DNA of 64,000 bases from Octopus sinensis (taxonomy: Eukaryota). The translations under genes and the position numbers were made by a program. Below are positions 1 to 12,012 of the stretch, one piece after another. Under the pieces are notes generated by a model, which did not search any database, was not told the origin of the DNA, and saw nothing but the letters and a program-made list of their open reading frames with translations. Position 1 is the stretch's first letter. Every line of letters starts with the position of its first letter. The DNA lies in contig NC_042997.1 of assembly GCF_006345805.1 (NCBI RefSeq), positions 112,344,001 through 112,408,000 on the forward strand, in the 5' to 3' direction.

Positions 1-3000
1 ACTCCAATGTGATCTGGCAATGTTTCTACTGCTGGATGCCCTTCCTAACGTTAACCACTCTGAGAGTGTAGTGGGTGCTTTTACATGCCACTGGCATAAG
101 GGCCAGTCAGGTGGTACTGGCAACGACCACACTCAAATGGTGCTTTTTATGTGCCACCTGCACAGGGGCCAGTCCAGCGGCACTGGCAACGACCTCGCTT
201 GAATGTTTTTTCGCATGCTACCAGCACAAGTACTAGTAAGTACAAGTACAGCACGGAGGCCAGCTTGTTCCTCTGGCCATGATCTCACTTGTATGGTAGT
301 CTTAGCGCGCCACTAGCACGGATGCCAGTCATCGAATTTGATTTTGATTGTGTATATATATGTTTGTGTCAGTGTTTGTCCCCTACCACCACTTGACAAC
401 TGGTGTTGGTGTGTTTACGTTCCTGTAACTTAGTGGTTCAGCAAAAGAGAAGTACCGGTGTCGATTCATTCAACAAAAAATTCTTCAGGGTGGTGCCCCA
501 GCATGACCACAGTCTAGTGACTGAAACAAGTCAAAGATAAAAGATATCTGTCTTAGTTGGCTGCATGTGAAGATGAAAATAGAGACATCAGGCGGTCCCC
601 TCAACATTCTGCGATTACTGCCTAAAACTGCCTTCAGGTAGGGCCTAAAGAGAAAGTCCTATAAAATGGAATCACACAATGGCTTGATGCTGATTGGTTG
701 CTTAATCATGTGGAACTACTGTGGTTTGATTGTGATATCTGCTTGGCTGCCTCGGTTTTGAATCTGTTACACTTCAAGAATTATTGGTGGTTAAAAGAGT
801 TGAAATAGTGGGAGAATGAAATCCTCATATGGGCAGACACCACCTTTTTGGAGTGGAGTCTGAGTAAAGAGTGTTGCCTGGACAGTAGAGATGGACTATT
901 AATAGGGATTAAGAGATTTGTATGAACTAAATATTATCTTTTTTTAGGAACTAAGTATTATATTTATGATAAAAGCAATGTTTGCATAGTAAATGATTTA
1001 GCATTTGAAACATGTGTAGACACATGACGCTAGGTTTAGGCTTTATGATGGTTTTGCTTCCCTGTACATGAAAGACAGAATGATGGGGAAGAAAATATTC
1101 CAATATTTAATGATAATGATAAACTTTTCATTTGGTCAGAAAACTCTTAGAGGATTTCAGATATTCAGTATGAAATAAAATTAAATGTTTGTAGACTAAA
1201 ATAGAGTATTATTGATTAGTGTTAGATGTTCAACTGAAGACTTTGGTAATTAATCATGATATATAATGTCATTATTATCATAATTGAATGTCCATTGTCC
1301 ATGCCGGTGTGAGTTGGATGGTTCAGGAAGAACCAGTGAACCAGAGGATAGCATCCAGCTCCCATGTCTCCTTTGGCATTGTTTCTACAGCTGGATGCCC
1401 TTCCTAACACCATACCGCATGGCACTAGTGGGGTCACCAAGTAACTGGCAACACACGACCCCACCTCAACTGAATAGGGGTGTAGTATTGAGGGAGATGG
1501 CTTTGTGCCAGGTGTTGAGAGGTGAAAGGATGATAAAGGGACAAGGACAAGTGTCTTGGTGTAGAGGAGATATAAGTATCCTCTCCCCCACCCCAATAAC
1601 ATTACAAAATAAAACAAAAGCAAATATATGTGTGTGTATGTTTCATATAGCTATTATGACTATTATCATGTTATTGTTTCAATGTCAATGTGTTTGCTGA
1701 TCAAATTAGTCACCAAACTAACAATACAAAAGCAATTTCTAATTGTCTTCTTCATCATCTATTTCTCTCTTCGTATGTGCTTAGACAAGTTTCTCTTTTA
1801 TGTATTTAGACAAGGTGCATGAATGTCACAACTTCTCAGTAAGAAACTAGCTTAATAATTTTAAAAATATACAAGAAATCATTTGATAATCTATTTTCCC
1901 CTGGTTTATTTAGGTTCACTGAATAATATTTATAAGATGTGGCCATAGATATTGACCTTACTTTGTTAAGAAGCTTGCTTCTTAACGAAATGGTTTCAGG
2001 TTCATTTCCACTGTATGGCACCTTGAGCGAGTGTTTTTTACTGTAGTCACAAGCTTACCAAAGCCTTATGAGTAGATTTGGTAGATGAAAACTGAAAGAA
2101 GCCTGTTGTGTATGTGTGCGTTGTCCTGACATCATGTGATGGTTGTAAAAAGCATGCCTGGCCAAAGGTAAATATTACCTTGCTTGGAAACAGGTGAGGA
2201 CTGGTGACAGGAAGGGTATCCTGTTCTAGAAGGGTCGACCCTGCCCTTGCCTTGACACCATGTGATGGTTGTAAACAAGCATCCCTGTCACACAGGTGAT
2301 GTTTCTTTCCATTCTTCTGCAAAAAACACATGTGGCCTTAGGGGAATATTAGCTTGCATGAAAACAGTTGGAAGGGCATCTGGCCATAGGAAATTTCCCT
2401 CCACAAATTAAAGCTGACCCCTGCACGCATGGAAAAGTGGATGGACATTAAATGATGATTGTGTTGATTATGACTTAGACCAGCAATTCTCAACTGCACC
2501 CCTCTATTGTTTTTCCTCTATTCTTTTATTTGTTTCAGTCATTTGACTGTGGCCATGCTGGAGCACTACCTTTATTTGAACAAATCTACCCTGGGACTGA
2601 TTCTTTGAAAGCCAAGTACTTATTCTATCGGTCTCTTTGCCGAATCGCTAAGTTACAGGGACGTAAACACACCAACATCGGTTGTCAGGCGATGTTGGTG
2701 GGGGTGACACACACACACATATATATATGATGGGCTTCTTTCAGTTTCCATCTACCAAATCCACTCACAAGGATTTGGTCTGCCCGAGGCTATAGTAGAA
2801 GACATTTGCCCAAGGTGCTACGCAATGAAACTGAACCTGGAACCATGTGGCTGGTAAGCAAGCTACTTACCACGCAGCCACACCTGCACCTATAATCTTT
2901 TTCTTTAATTGATTTGTTTTACTTCTTTTGATGTGGCCACCTAAAAAATCCAGGCTTTGAATCTGGCCCAGATACTAAAATTGTTGAGAACCACTGGCTT

Positions 3001-3663
3001 CAAAAACATGGACAGCCTTTGGTTCATTGTACTATCTAGAAGCTAGGTTATAGTTTGTGAATCTCTTTTGCTGCTTGCTTTGGACATCACTGAGAAAACA
3101 AGGAGTGGCTGTGTGGTAAGTAGCTTGCTTATCAACCACATGGTTCCAAGTTCAGTCTCACTGCATGGAACCTTGGGCGAAAAGAGACCGAGAGAATAAG
3201 TACTACGCTTACAAAGAATAAGTCTAGGGGTCAATTTGTTCGACTAAAGGCGGTGCTCCAGCATGGCCACAGTCAAATGACTGAAACAAATAAAAGAGTG
3301 AAAGAGTAACTGCCCTGAGCAGTGCTGAGAATATTTATTGATAGACTCTCTTCTGTTTTGTATTTGAGAAGAATCAAAATTTAAGATAAAACTGGCAAGA
3401 AACATTAAATTCTTTTATTGCTGACGTTGAATTCATTGACGCTGGTTGCACGAGTTGAATTTGAAACTTTTAAACTAATTATTTGCTTTGGTTTGCTTCT
3501 AATCTATGAGCTGGATATGTTCGAATATTCTCAATCCTCACTTATATCAGTTACAAGAGTGATTAACTTAAAATGTACAACTATTCACTAAAAATCTATA
3601 AAGTCACCAGTTTGACATTTGAGAGTTGCTGCTCTTAGGCAAGATATATTATCTCTATCTATC

Positions 3664-3725
<62 letters not shown>

Positions 3726-3740
3726 CTTCAACATATAAAT

Positions 3741-3789
3741 TTGTCAAAATATTTTCGTCACTTTGAAACCACGACCTGTTCACTGACAA
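3741..3789 (-). ncRNA. Putative minimal hammerhead ribozyme with G3-C8 variant core (mirror copy at 3814-3862 +)
   Basis: Minus strand reads TTGTCA-GTGAACA-G-GTCGT ggtttcaaa GTGAC-GAAA-ATAT-TT-TGACAA: 6-bp stem I, stem II, GAAA and a palindromic stem III. Confidence 0.5.
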
Positions 3790-3885
3790 AATTCCAGATG
3801 CAGCACAGAATTTTTGTCAGTGAACAGGTCATGGTTTCAAAACGACGAAAATATTTTGATAAATTAAATTTATATGTGTTTTTAA

Positions 3886-4947
3886 CCCTTTCGTTACTAT
3901 ATTTCTGACCAAATTACACCCCTTATGTGTTTCAATTAATTTCTAACGTAATCATAAATTTAGTCTGGTTTCATTAAACAACTATAGCTTTTTTATTTAT
4001 CGATATATCAATCTGATTTTTGGAAGATAATTTAATGAAATATTCTCAACCAATTCTATACTATAATTTTTGTTACAAAGTGACACTAATTGCAGGTAGA
4101 TACAGGTAAATTCCACAAAATATAAAATTATTAAAATTTTGTTCAAACATCGCTATAGAAAATGGGTTATTAGCTAATATTCAATTGGGTATACAACAAA
4201 ATTTTACGATAGAATTTGTTATTCTGGGTAACTTTCTGATACCCATAATAATATTTACGGCAAAATAGTCTTAATTTCATTTAAGGTTGAGGGAAACCAC
4301 AAACTATCCTTTCTTTTGCTTTGTTTACGTTTAGCGTAACGGTTCGTCTCCGCTGTAGTGATTTCAAATAGGCTCATTCGAAAAAGTAAAAAGAAATAGT
4401 CTAAGGCTTTACTCTTCTGGGAAAGTCTGTGGCTTGGTCCAGTTTCTTCAGAGAAATCACCGAAAGAAACAGTTTTTAAATTTTCACTCCATTCAGTGCC
4501 AATTCGTTTTCTTTATCGCTATCGGAGATCTCAGATTCACTGTTTTCACTTTCGGAAAATGAAACATCAGATTCATTATCAAATACCACATGCTTTTTTT
4601 TTCAGTCATAGAGTTAGATTTATGAAGGTCTTCAGTAGAAAATCCTTCGAATTCTGACTCGCTGCTTGATATAATGAAATTCGTATCCATTTTTTGTCAG
4701 AATTACAAATTTTGAAAACACAATAGGAAAAAAATCTCCCAAAATTCACGGAATTAAAATTACACTTCGATTATTGTACAAAACTGTAGTTGAACTGTTT
4801 ACGAAGTATAATACGTGTTTTCACGAATGTACTGAAGAGATTTGCTCTGATATTCTCATTTAAATATGAATAGGTAAATTTGGGCGGTTTGGTTTCATAA
4901 ACCAAAATTTTGTTCGGGCGGCTTTGGGCGGTTTGGTAACGAAAGGG
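3886..4947 (-). mobile_element. Non-autonomous piggyBac element (internal deletion)
   Basis: TTAA TSDs at 3882-3885 and 4948-4951. TIR CCCTTTCGTTAC/GTAACGAAAGGG. Frameshifted N-terminal transposase remnant. Confidence 0.9.
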
Positions 4948-5044
4948 TTAAATGGCTTATAAACACATCTTCCACGCTGCAACTGTTTTTATTTCAGTAC
5001 ACAATATCAGATCAGGTCACTTGCTATGCAAGTACATCTCTGTA

Positions 5045-5075
<31 letters not shown>

Positions 5076-6016
5076 CTGTGCTTCTTTTAGTTTAATTAAT
5101 AAACAGATACTACTTTTATTTCATATTTAAGTAATTAGCTTGTATTTCCAGCTGTTGAATAAAAACAGTACTAAAATCATTCTGTTGAAATTTTAAGATC
5201 TTATTCTGGTACCTGATTAAATTTATCGAAAACTGGAGACAGTGAGACTAAATGCTTCGTAACATAGTTTTTAAAAATAATAATAATAAACTGGCGTTCT
5301 GTTGGTTACGAGTGTTCCAGTTGATCCGATTAATGCAACAGCTTGCCCGTGACATTAATGTGCAAGTGGTTGAGCACTCCATAGACATGCGTACTCTTAA
5401 TGTAGCTCTCAGGGTGATTCAGTGTGACACAGAATGTGACAAGGCTGACCCTTTGAAATACAGATACAACTCATTTTTGCCAGCTGGGTGGGCTGGAGTA
5501 ACATGAAATAAAGTGTCTTGCTCAAGGACACATGTCAAGCACATGACCTTAAGTTTGTGAGCCGAATATCCCAACCAGTTAAGCCACATGCCTTCACAAT
5601 AAGATAATAATGAGCTTATTGTATAGAGTGCTTGTCAGTAGTAAAGGTTAGAGGAGGAGAGAGAAAGCTCTCATTGCTGTCTTAACCTATTATTGTTGTT
5701 AAGAAGTACATTCACAACATGCAGAATGAAACACAAAAAGAGAGAAAAGGGAAGAGAAGACAGAAAGGGGAACATTAAAAGAGTCTTAAAAAGAGGAAAG
5801 GGTTGATAGGCAGGAATTTGGGGAAACGGGGGGGGAATTTTTGGAGAATGCAATGCCCTGACAGATTAAGAACTGATGAAGGTAGTTTATTCCATGGTTT
5901 CACAATTCTGATAGTGTAATTCAGTGATTCCCGACCTGGGTCCCATGGACCCTTGGTGACTTGGGGTCCATGAACTAAATTCAAAGTCTCATATATATAT
6001 ATATATATATATATAT

Positions 6017-6445
6017 TAAAGGGGCTTAGTAAAATAAATTACTTTGCCACATACTGAACTCATTAGAAATAGCAGCTAAAAAAATTTTTTTTTAAACTAT
6101 TTCTAATACTTAAAGAAAATCTCTCTCATATAGTGTTTGCTCAAGTCAACTCACGAAAGTATGAGGGTAAAAACATTAAAACATCACAAATGCAAACCTT
6201 TGCATTTGTGATGTTTTAATGTTTTTACCCTCATACTTTCGTGAGTTGACTTGAGCAAACACTATATGAGAGAGATTTTCTTTAAGTATTAGAAATAGTT
6301 TAAAAAAAAATTTTTTTAGCTGCTATTTCTAATGAGTTCAGTATGTGGCAAAGTAATTTATTTTACTAAGCCCCTTTACATACTGAATACTTGGTAAAAT
6401 TGATTAATAATTAATTAATTTTACCCTCAATTGTTGAAATTATAT
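6017..6445. repeat. Palindrome with 180-bp arms from a Penelope-like pseudo-LTR family
   Basis: Arms 6017-6196 and 6199-6378 with a 2-nt spacer. Same sequence family as 49320-50037. Confidence 0.85.
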
Positions 6446-6449
6446 ATAG

Positions 6450-8710
6450 GACCCGGCAGGACTAGTCAGGCCATATCCCATGGCCCCTACCTGGGACGTA
6501 GTCGATCCACCTGTGCATACCTTCCTTCTTGTGACACTTGTGAAGACCTGCTGAGGCAAGTGAAAATCAATCAAAATAGATGAACATCAATGGAATTTGT
6601 ATCTTTGTGGTACCAGTGCCTGTGGCACACAAGAAAACCATCCGAACGTGGCCGTAGCCAGTACCGCATCGACTGGCCTCCGTGCTGTGGGAACATGGTG
6701 GCACATAAAAACACCATCCGAAGACCCGGCAAGACTAGTCAGGTCATAACCCGTGGGCCCTACCTGGGACGTAGTCAGTCCACCTGTACATACCTTCCGA
6801 CTTGTGAAGACCTGCTGAGGCAAGTGAAAATCAAATCAAATCAAAACAAATCAAAATAGATGAACATCAATGGAATTTGTATCCTTGTGGTACCAGTGCC
6901 AGTGGCACACAAGAATCCATCCGAACGTGGCCGTAGTCAGTACCGCTTGTGGTACCAGTGCCGGTGGCACACAAGAATCCATCCGAACGTGGCCGTAGTC
7001 AGTACCGCATCACTGGCCATCGTGCTGTGGGCACATAACAAACACCATCCGGTCGTGGCCGTTCGCATGCCTCATCTAGCACCTGTGTCGGTGGCACATA
7101 AAAAGTAGTCAGTACCGCTTGTGGTACCAGTGCCGGTGGCACACAAGAATCCATCCGAACATGGCCGTAGTCAGTACCGCATCACTGGCCATCGTGCTGT
7201 GGGCACATAACAAACACCATCCGGTCGTGGCCGTTCGCCAGCCTCATCTAGCACCTGTGTCGGTGGCACATAAAAACACCTTCCGAAGACCCGGCAAGAC
7301 TAGTCAGGCCATAACCATGGCCCCTACCTGGGACGTAGTCAGTCCACCTGTGCATACCTTCCTTCTTGTGACACTTGTGAAGACCTGTTGAGGCAAGTGA
7401 AAATCAAATCAAAACAAATCAAAATAGATGAACATCAATGGAATCTGTATCTTTGTGGTACCAGTGCCGGTGGCACACACTTTGTGGTACCAGTGCCGGT
7501 GGCACACATGAGAACCATCCGAACGTGGCCGTAGCCAGTTCCGCATCGACCGGCCTCCGTGCTGTGGGCACGTAACAAACACCATCCGATCATGGCCGTT
7601 CGCCAGCCTCATCTGGCACCTGTGTCGGTGGCACATAAAAACACCTTCCGAAGACCCGGCAAGACTAGTCAGTCCACCTGTGCATACCTTCCTTCCTTCT
7701 TGTGACACTTGTGAAGACCGGTTGAGGCAAGTGAAAATCAAATCAAATCAAATCAAAATAGACAAAATAGACAAAATAGATGAACATCAATGGAATTTGT
7801 ATCTTGTGGTACCAGTGCCTGTGGCACACAAGAAATCCATCAGTGCCGTAGTCAGTGCGGTGGGCACATGACAAACACCATCCGATCGTGGCCGTTCGCC
7901 AGCCTCATCTAGCACCTGTGTCGGTGGCACATAAAAACACCATCCGAAGACCCAGCAAGACTAGTCAGGCCATAACCCATGGCCCCTACCTGGGACGTAG
8001 TCAGTCCACCTGTGCATACCTTCCTTCTTGTGACACTTGTGAAGACCTGTTGAGGCAAGTGAAAATCAAATCAAATCAAAACAAATCAAAATAGATGAAC
8101 ATCAATGGAATTTGTATCTTTGTGGTACCAGTGCCGGTGGCACGTGGCACATAAGAAAACCATCCGAACGTGGCCGTAGCCAGTACCGCATCGACTGGCC
8201 TCCGTGCTGTGGGCACGTAACAAGCACCATCCGATCGTGGCCGTTTGCCAGCCTCATCTGGCACCTGTGTCGGTGGCACATAAAAACACCATCCGAGCGT
8301 GGCCGTCTGCCAGCCTCGTCTGGCACCTGTGTCGGTGGCACATAAAAACACCATCCGAGCGTGGCCGTCTGCCAGCCTCGTCTGGCACCTGTGTCGGTGG
8401 CACATAAAAACACCATCCGAGCGTGGCCGTCTGCCAGCCTCGTCTGGCACCTGTGTCGGTGGCACATAAAAAACACCATCCGAGCGTGGCCGTTTGTCAG
8501 CCTCGTCTGGCACCTGTGTCGGTGGCACATAAAATCACCCACTACACTCTCGGAGTGGTTGGCGTTAGGAAGGGCATCCAGCTGTAGAAACACTGCCAGA
8601 TCTGACTGGACTGGTGCAGCTTTCGGGCTCCCCAGACCCCAGTTGAACCGTCCAACCCATGCTAGCATGGAAAGCGGACGTTAAATGATGATGATGATGA
8701 TGATGATGAT
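6450..8710 (+). repeat. Tandemly amplified RTE-LINE 3'UTR array
   Basis: Module gacccggcaagactagtcag... recurs near 6450, 6723, 7288, 7652 and 7948. About 60-bp subunits at 8260-8530, and a single terminal ...ggaagggcatccagctgtag...(GAT)n tail. Confidence 0.8.
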
Positions 8711-8714
8711 ATAT

Positions 8715-8837
8715 ATATATGAAAGAAGGTTTGAAAATGCAATTTTAAAAGATGTTTCTTCACTTGAGGTTGAGCATCTCAACCTCAAGTGAATAAACAT
8801 CTTTTAAAATTGCATTTTCAAACCTTCTTTCATATAT
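8715..8837. repeat. Fold-back palindrome in (TA)n
   Basis: Arms of about 60 bp around gttgag-cat-ctcaac, with one mismatch. Confidence 0.8.
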
Positions 8838-9439
8838 AATTCCACTCGTGCAGTACCTTACAACTTCACTTTGTTATATATATATATAATATACATATAT
8901 AAGGATAAGCATATTAAAAGGGGGTCCATGGGAAAACTCATTTAAATAAAAGGGTTGGGACCCACTGGTGTAGTTCTTTCTAATCTTAGAGTTAACTTTG
9001 GCTAATAAAATCAAGCTTCAGAGAAAATACAACACTGCTTCTAGTAATTTCAGGACTCCCCCTTGTGAGAGGGGGGGGATCAATAAATTATCAATGATTC
9101 CATGATGAGATCAATGATATAAGTTTGTTAACTGATAATGAAACAATTGAATCCTGGGAAAATAGTTTGTGTTGGCAGTTTCACCGTCCTCATCATCATT
9201 TAACGTTTGTTTTCTATGCTGGCATAGGTTGGCTGGTTTGACAAGAAAGGGCAAGGCTGGAGAGCTGTACTAGGCCCCATTGTCTATTTTAGCATAGTCT
9301 CTACAGCTGGATGCCCTTTCTAACGCCAACCACTTTACAAGGTGTACTGAGTGCTTCTTACATGGTACCAGCACTAACAGCGTTATCAAGTACCTTGCAA
9401 GACAAAAATAAACTTCACAAAGTAGAGCAAATTAACTGG

Positions 9440-10605
9440 TCAAGACATCATCACCCCTCGTTCTCACAGCAAATCAACTTGTTGCACTGACTGCTTTCCT
9501 TTTTTGGTGAGAAATAAACAAACATTTTATGCTGGCCAGATCTTCCGGATATTGTACGATGGGTTGGTGCTTTCCTCTCAGATCGCTCCTTCCAAATCCA
9601 AGTTAATGGTTTGTTGTTTGACGTCTCCAGTGTGAGCAGTGGCATGCCTCAAGGTTCAGTGCTTGGGCCGTTATTGTTTTTAGTCTTCATCAATGACTTG
9701 CCCAACGACCTCACGCAACACACCCTTCTGTTTGCCGATGATGTCAAACTGGTCGCTCCTCGCAGTGATACAGATGATCTTCGTCGATGCCTCCACCAAG
9801 TTTGGAGATGGTCTAACGAATGGGACCTGTGTCTGAACGTGTCAAAATTGCTGTCATCTGCCTGTTGGCTCCTCTCCTGCAACTCAACTTGATTTCGAGC
9901 CGAGTCATCTGCTGCTGGAGAGGACCGACCAGGTAAAGGACCTGGGTATCTTGGTGGATTCTTCCTTTTCACCTTCGGCCCAATGCGTCCATGCTGCCAA
10001 CAAAGCACGCGGAGTTCTGTTTTTGATTCAACGGTCATTCGGAATGCTCACAGCAGCCATGTTCCTACCGCTCTATGTCATGCTGCTGAGACCCATATTG
10101 GAGTATGGGATTCAAGCCTCTTCTCCTTATCTCCTCAAAGACATACATCATCTCAAAAGAGTCCAGAAGCTGGCTACCTGCATGGTTCTTGGTCTCAAGC
10201 ATTTGTCTTATGAAGAAAGGCTGAAGACACTCGACCTTTATTCTCTAGAAAAACGCTGCCGCCATGCTGATCTCATTCTCGCTCACATCATAAGCGGAAA
10301 GTGTAACCTCTCGAAAGAGCTGTTCTTCACTCCTGCTCCAGAGTGTCGGTTGCGGGGTCTCTCCAAAAAGCTCTATCTGCAATGATTTCATCTCAATCGA
10401 AGGAGAGGGGCTTTCTCCGTCTGGGTTGCGGATTCGTGGAATAAGCTGCCGGATGAGATAGTGAAGATGCCGACGACCGCTCGGTTCAAAGACTATCTTG
10501 ACCAGAAATGGCCTGAACTCTTTGCATGAACACCCTCCCTGTACATAACTTCATGTCCCCCTACATGGCCTTGCTTTTGCAGCCAAAAAATTAACTTTAA
10601 CTTTC
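9440..10605 (+). mobile_element. 5'-truncated CR1/L2-group LINE, reverse transcriptase pseudogene
   Basis: GMPQGSVLGPLLFLVFINDL, LFADDVKL, LRPILEY, LSYEERLKTLDLYSLEKR; frameshifts and stops present. Confidence 0.9.
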
Positions 10606-10619
10606 TTGAAAGAATGTGC

Positions 10620-10666
<47 letters not shown>

Positions 10667-11731
10667 ATACATACATACATATACAGTGCTTGGTCAGATA
10701 AGTTAGACATTTATTCAGTCCTAGTTTTAGAAGAAACAATCATACCTCTCTTGTTGTCTTGGGAGGGGCATTACTCCAACAATGATTACACACACACACT
10801 GGTTCAATATCACTTCTTTATTGTTCATTAATTGATTAAATATCTCACCAACTAAATAATCAATCATTTGTTTAATGTGTTGGTTAAAGAATCACTTTGT
10901 TGGTCAAAATCCTTTTGTTGCTATTTGCAACCTTTTCAGTGACTTGCCCTTTCTCTTCAAAGTCTTCTCTGAGGATGTGTCTGTGTGTGTGTGTGTGTGT
11001 GTTATTATTATTGGTGTAGTGACCTCCCCAAGACACCAAAAGTCTTGCAAATCAAATACAAAAATGAATTGATACCTGTGGTAATTATTGAGAGAGAAAG
11101 AGAGCATACAACACTGCTTCTAGTAATTTCAGGACTCCCCTTGTGATGGGGTGGGGTGGGGGGCGGATCGATAAATTATCAATGATCCCATGATGAGATC
11201 AATGATATGAGAAGTTTGTAAACCCCTTCTGCCCTAAACCAATACAAATGTATTCTAATATAAAAAAAGAGATTCATTTGAAGAAATTAGCATGTCTGAT
11301 TGTTAACATGATCAGAAGTAAATGACTTCATTTTTGTGGTAGTTAAGAATTGGCCCACTTTTTGTGGTTTCTAGCAGTTCCAAGATAAGAGGAAATCAGT
11401 TTATTTGGACATTAGTTGGGTGGGTTAATCCTTCATCTTTCAGATTACTTTGTCAGACACAATGCTTATTCATTCAAATTGGTTTGAATTCATCCTGTAT
11501 TATCTCGTAGCCTCAAGATTTCAATGATGTGATTGCATGTTTTTAGAATAACATTGTATGGTAGATGTTAGAGGCTGGATCTGACCACCTCTAACATAAA
11601 ACATGTAGAATATTTGGGCCCCGATATGGCCAGTGTGAATGGTAAAGGGTTGTCTTTGTTGTTCATGTGGTAATCTTTTGGTCTGTGTTTGCTGACCTGT
11701 GTTTTTTTTTTTGTTCTTGTTTTAAATCTAG

Positions 11732-12012
11732 ATTTGGTTGGAGAGGACAAAATGTTTAAGAAACCAACTAAGCGTCTTGGAGACACTCCACTCGACTTGA
11801 CTGTGTCCACGTCGAAAAAGAAGAAAGACGATGGCTTGCAGAACAGCACGGACATGCAGAATTCCAATCTAATGTACAATGAAGAGGATGAGGATGAAGA
11901 CGAAGAGGAAGACGAAGACGAAGATGAGGATGAAGAAGACGAAGAAGATGAAGAGGATGATGAGGAAGAAGACGAGGAGGATGAAGAGGAGGAGGCAGAG
12001 GAAGAGACTTAA
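11732..12012 (+). CDS. Terminal coding exon of an unidentified, probably nuclear protein with a PLDLT motif, KKKK patch and poly-Asp/Glu tail
   Basis: Polypyrimidine tract then ...aaatctag| acceptor (phase 1). Encodes (D)LVGEDKMFKKPTKRLGDTPLDLTVSTSKKKKDD...EEDEDEDEEE...EEET* with mixed GAA/GAG/GAC/GAT codons, followed by UTR-like sequence. Confidence 0.75.

Larger units (their letters stand above)
3731..5045. mobile_element. Penelope-like fold-back pseudo-LTR remnant in (TA)n, interrupted by piggyBac
   Basis: Inverted arms of about 65 bp (3731-3794 / 3808-3877) containing a hammerhead-like motif. Tail resumes at 4952; (TA)n on both sides. Confidence 0.55.
5922..8967. mobile_element. hAT-type MITE split by about 2.9 kb of nested insertions
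   Basis: TIRs CAGTGATTCCCGACCT / GGGTTGGGACCCACTG; 8-bp TSD gtgtaatt / gtgtagtt. Confidence 0.7.

Noticed and set aside
20-202. Recurrent short ORFs of the FLQLDALPNANHS type
   Set aside because: Antisense translations of the non-coding RTE 3' tail, repeated throughout the window.
550-640. Possible upstream exon of the plus-strand gene (...gccttcag|gtaggg)
   Set aside because: Weak acceptor, no recognisable protein, and the open frame ends in phase 2 while the terminal exon needs phase 1.
8260-8530. CRISPR-like appearance of palindromic ~60-bp repeats
   Set aside because: The intervening sequences are near-identical rather than unique spacers, there are no cas genes, the context is eukaryotic, and the units belong to an RTE 3'UTR.
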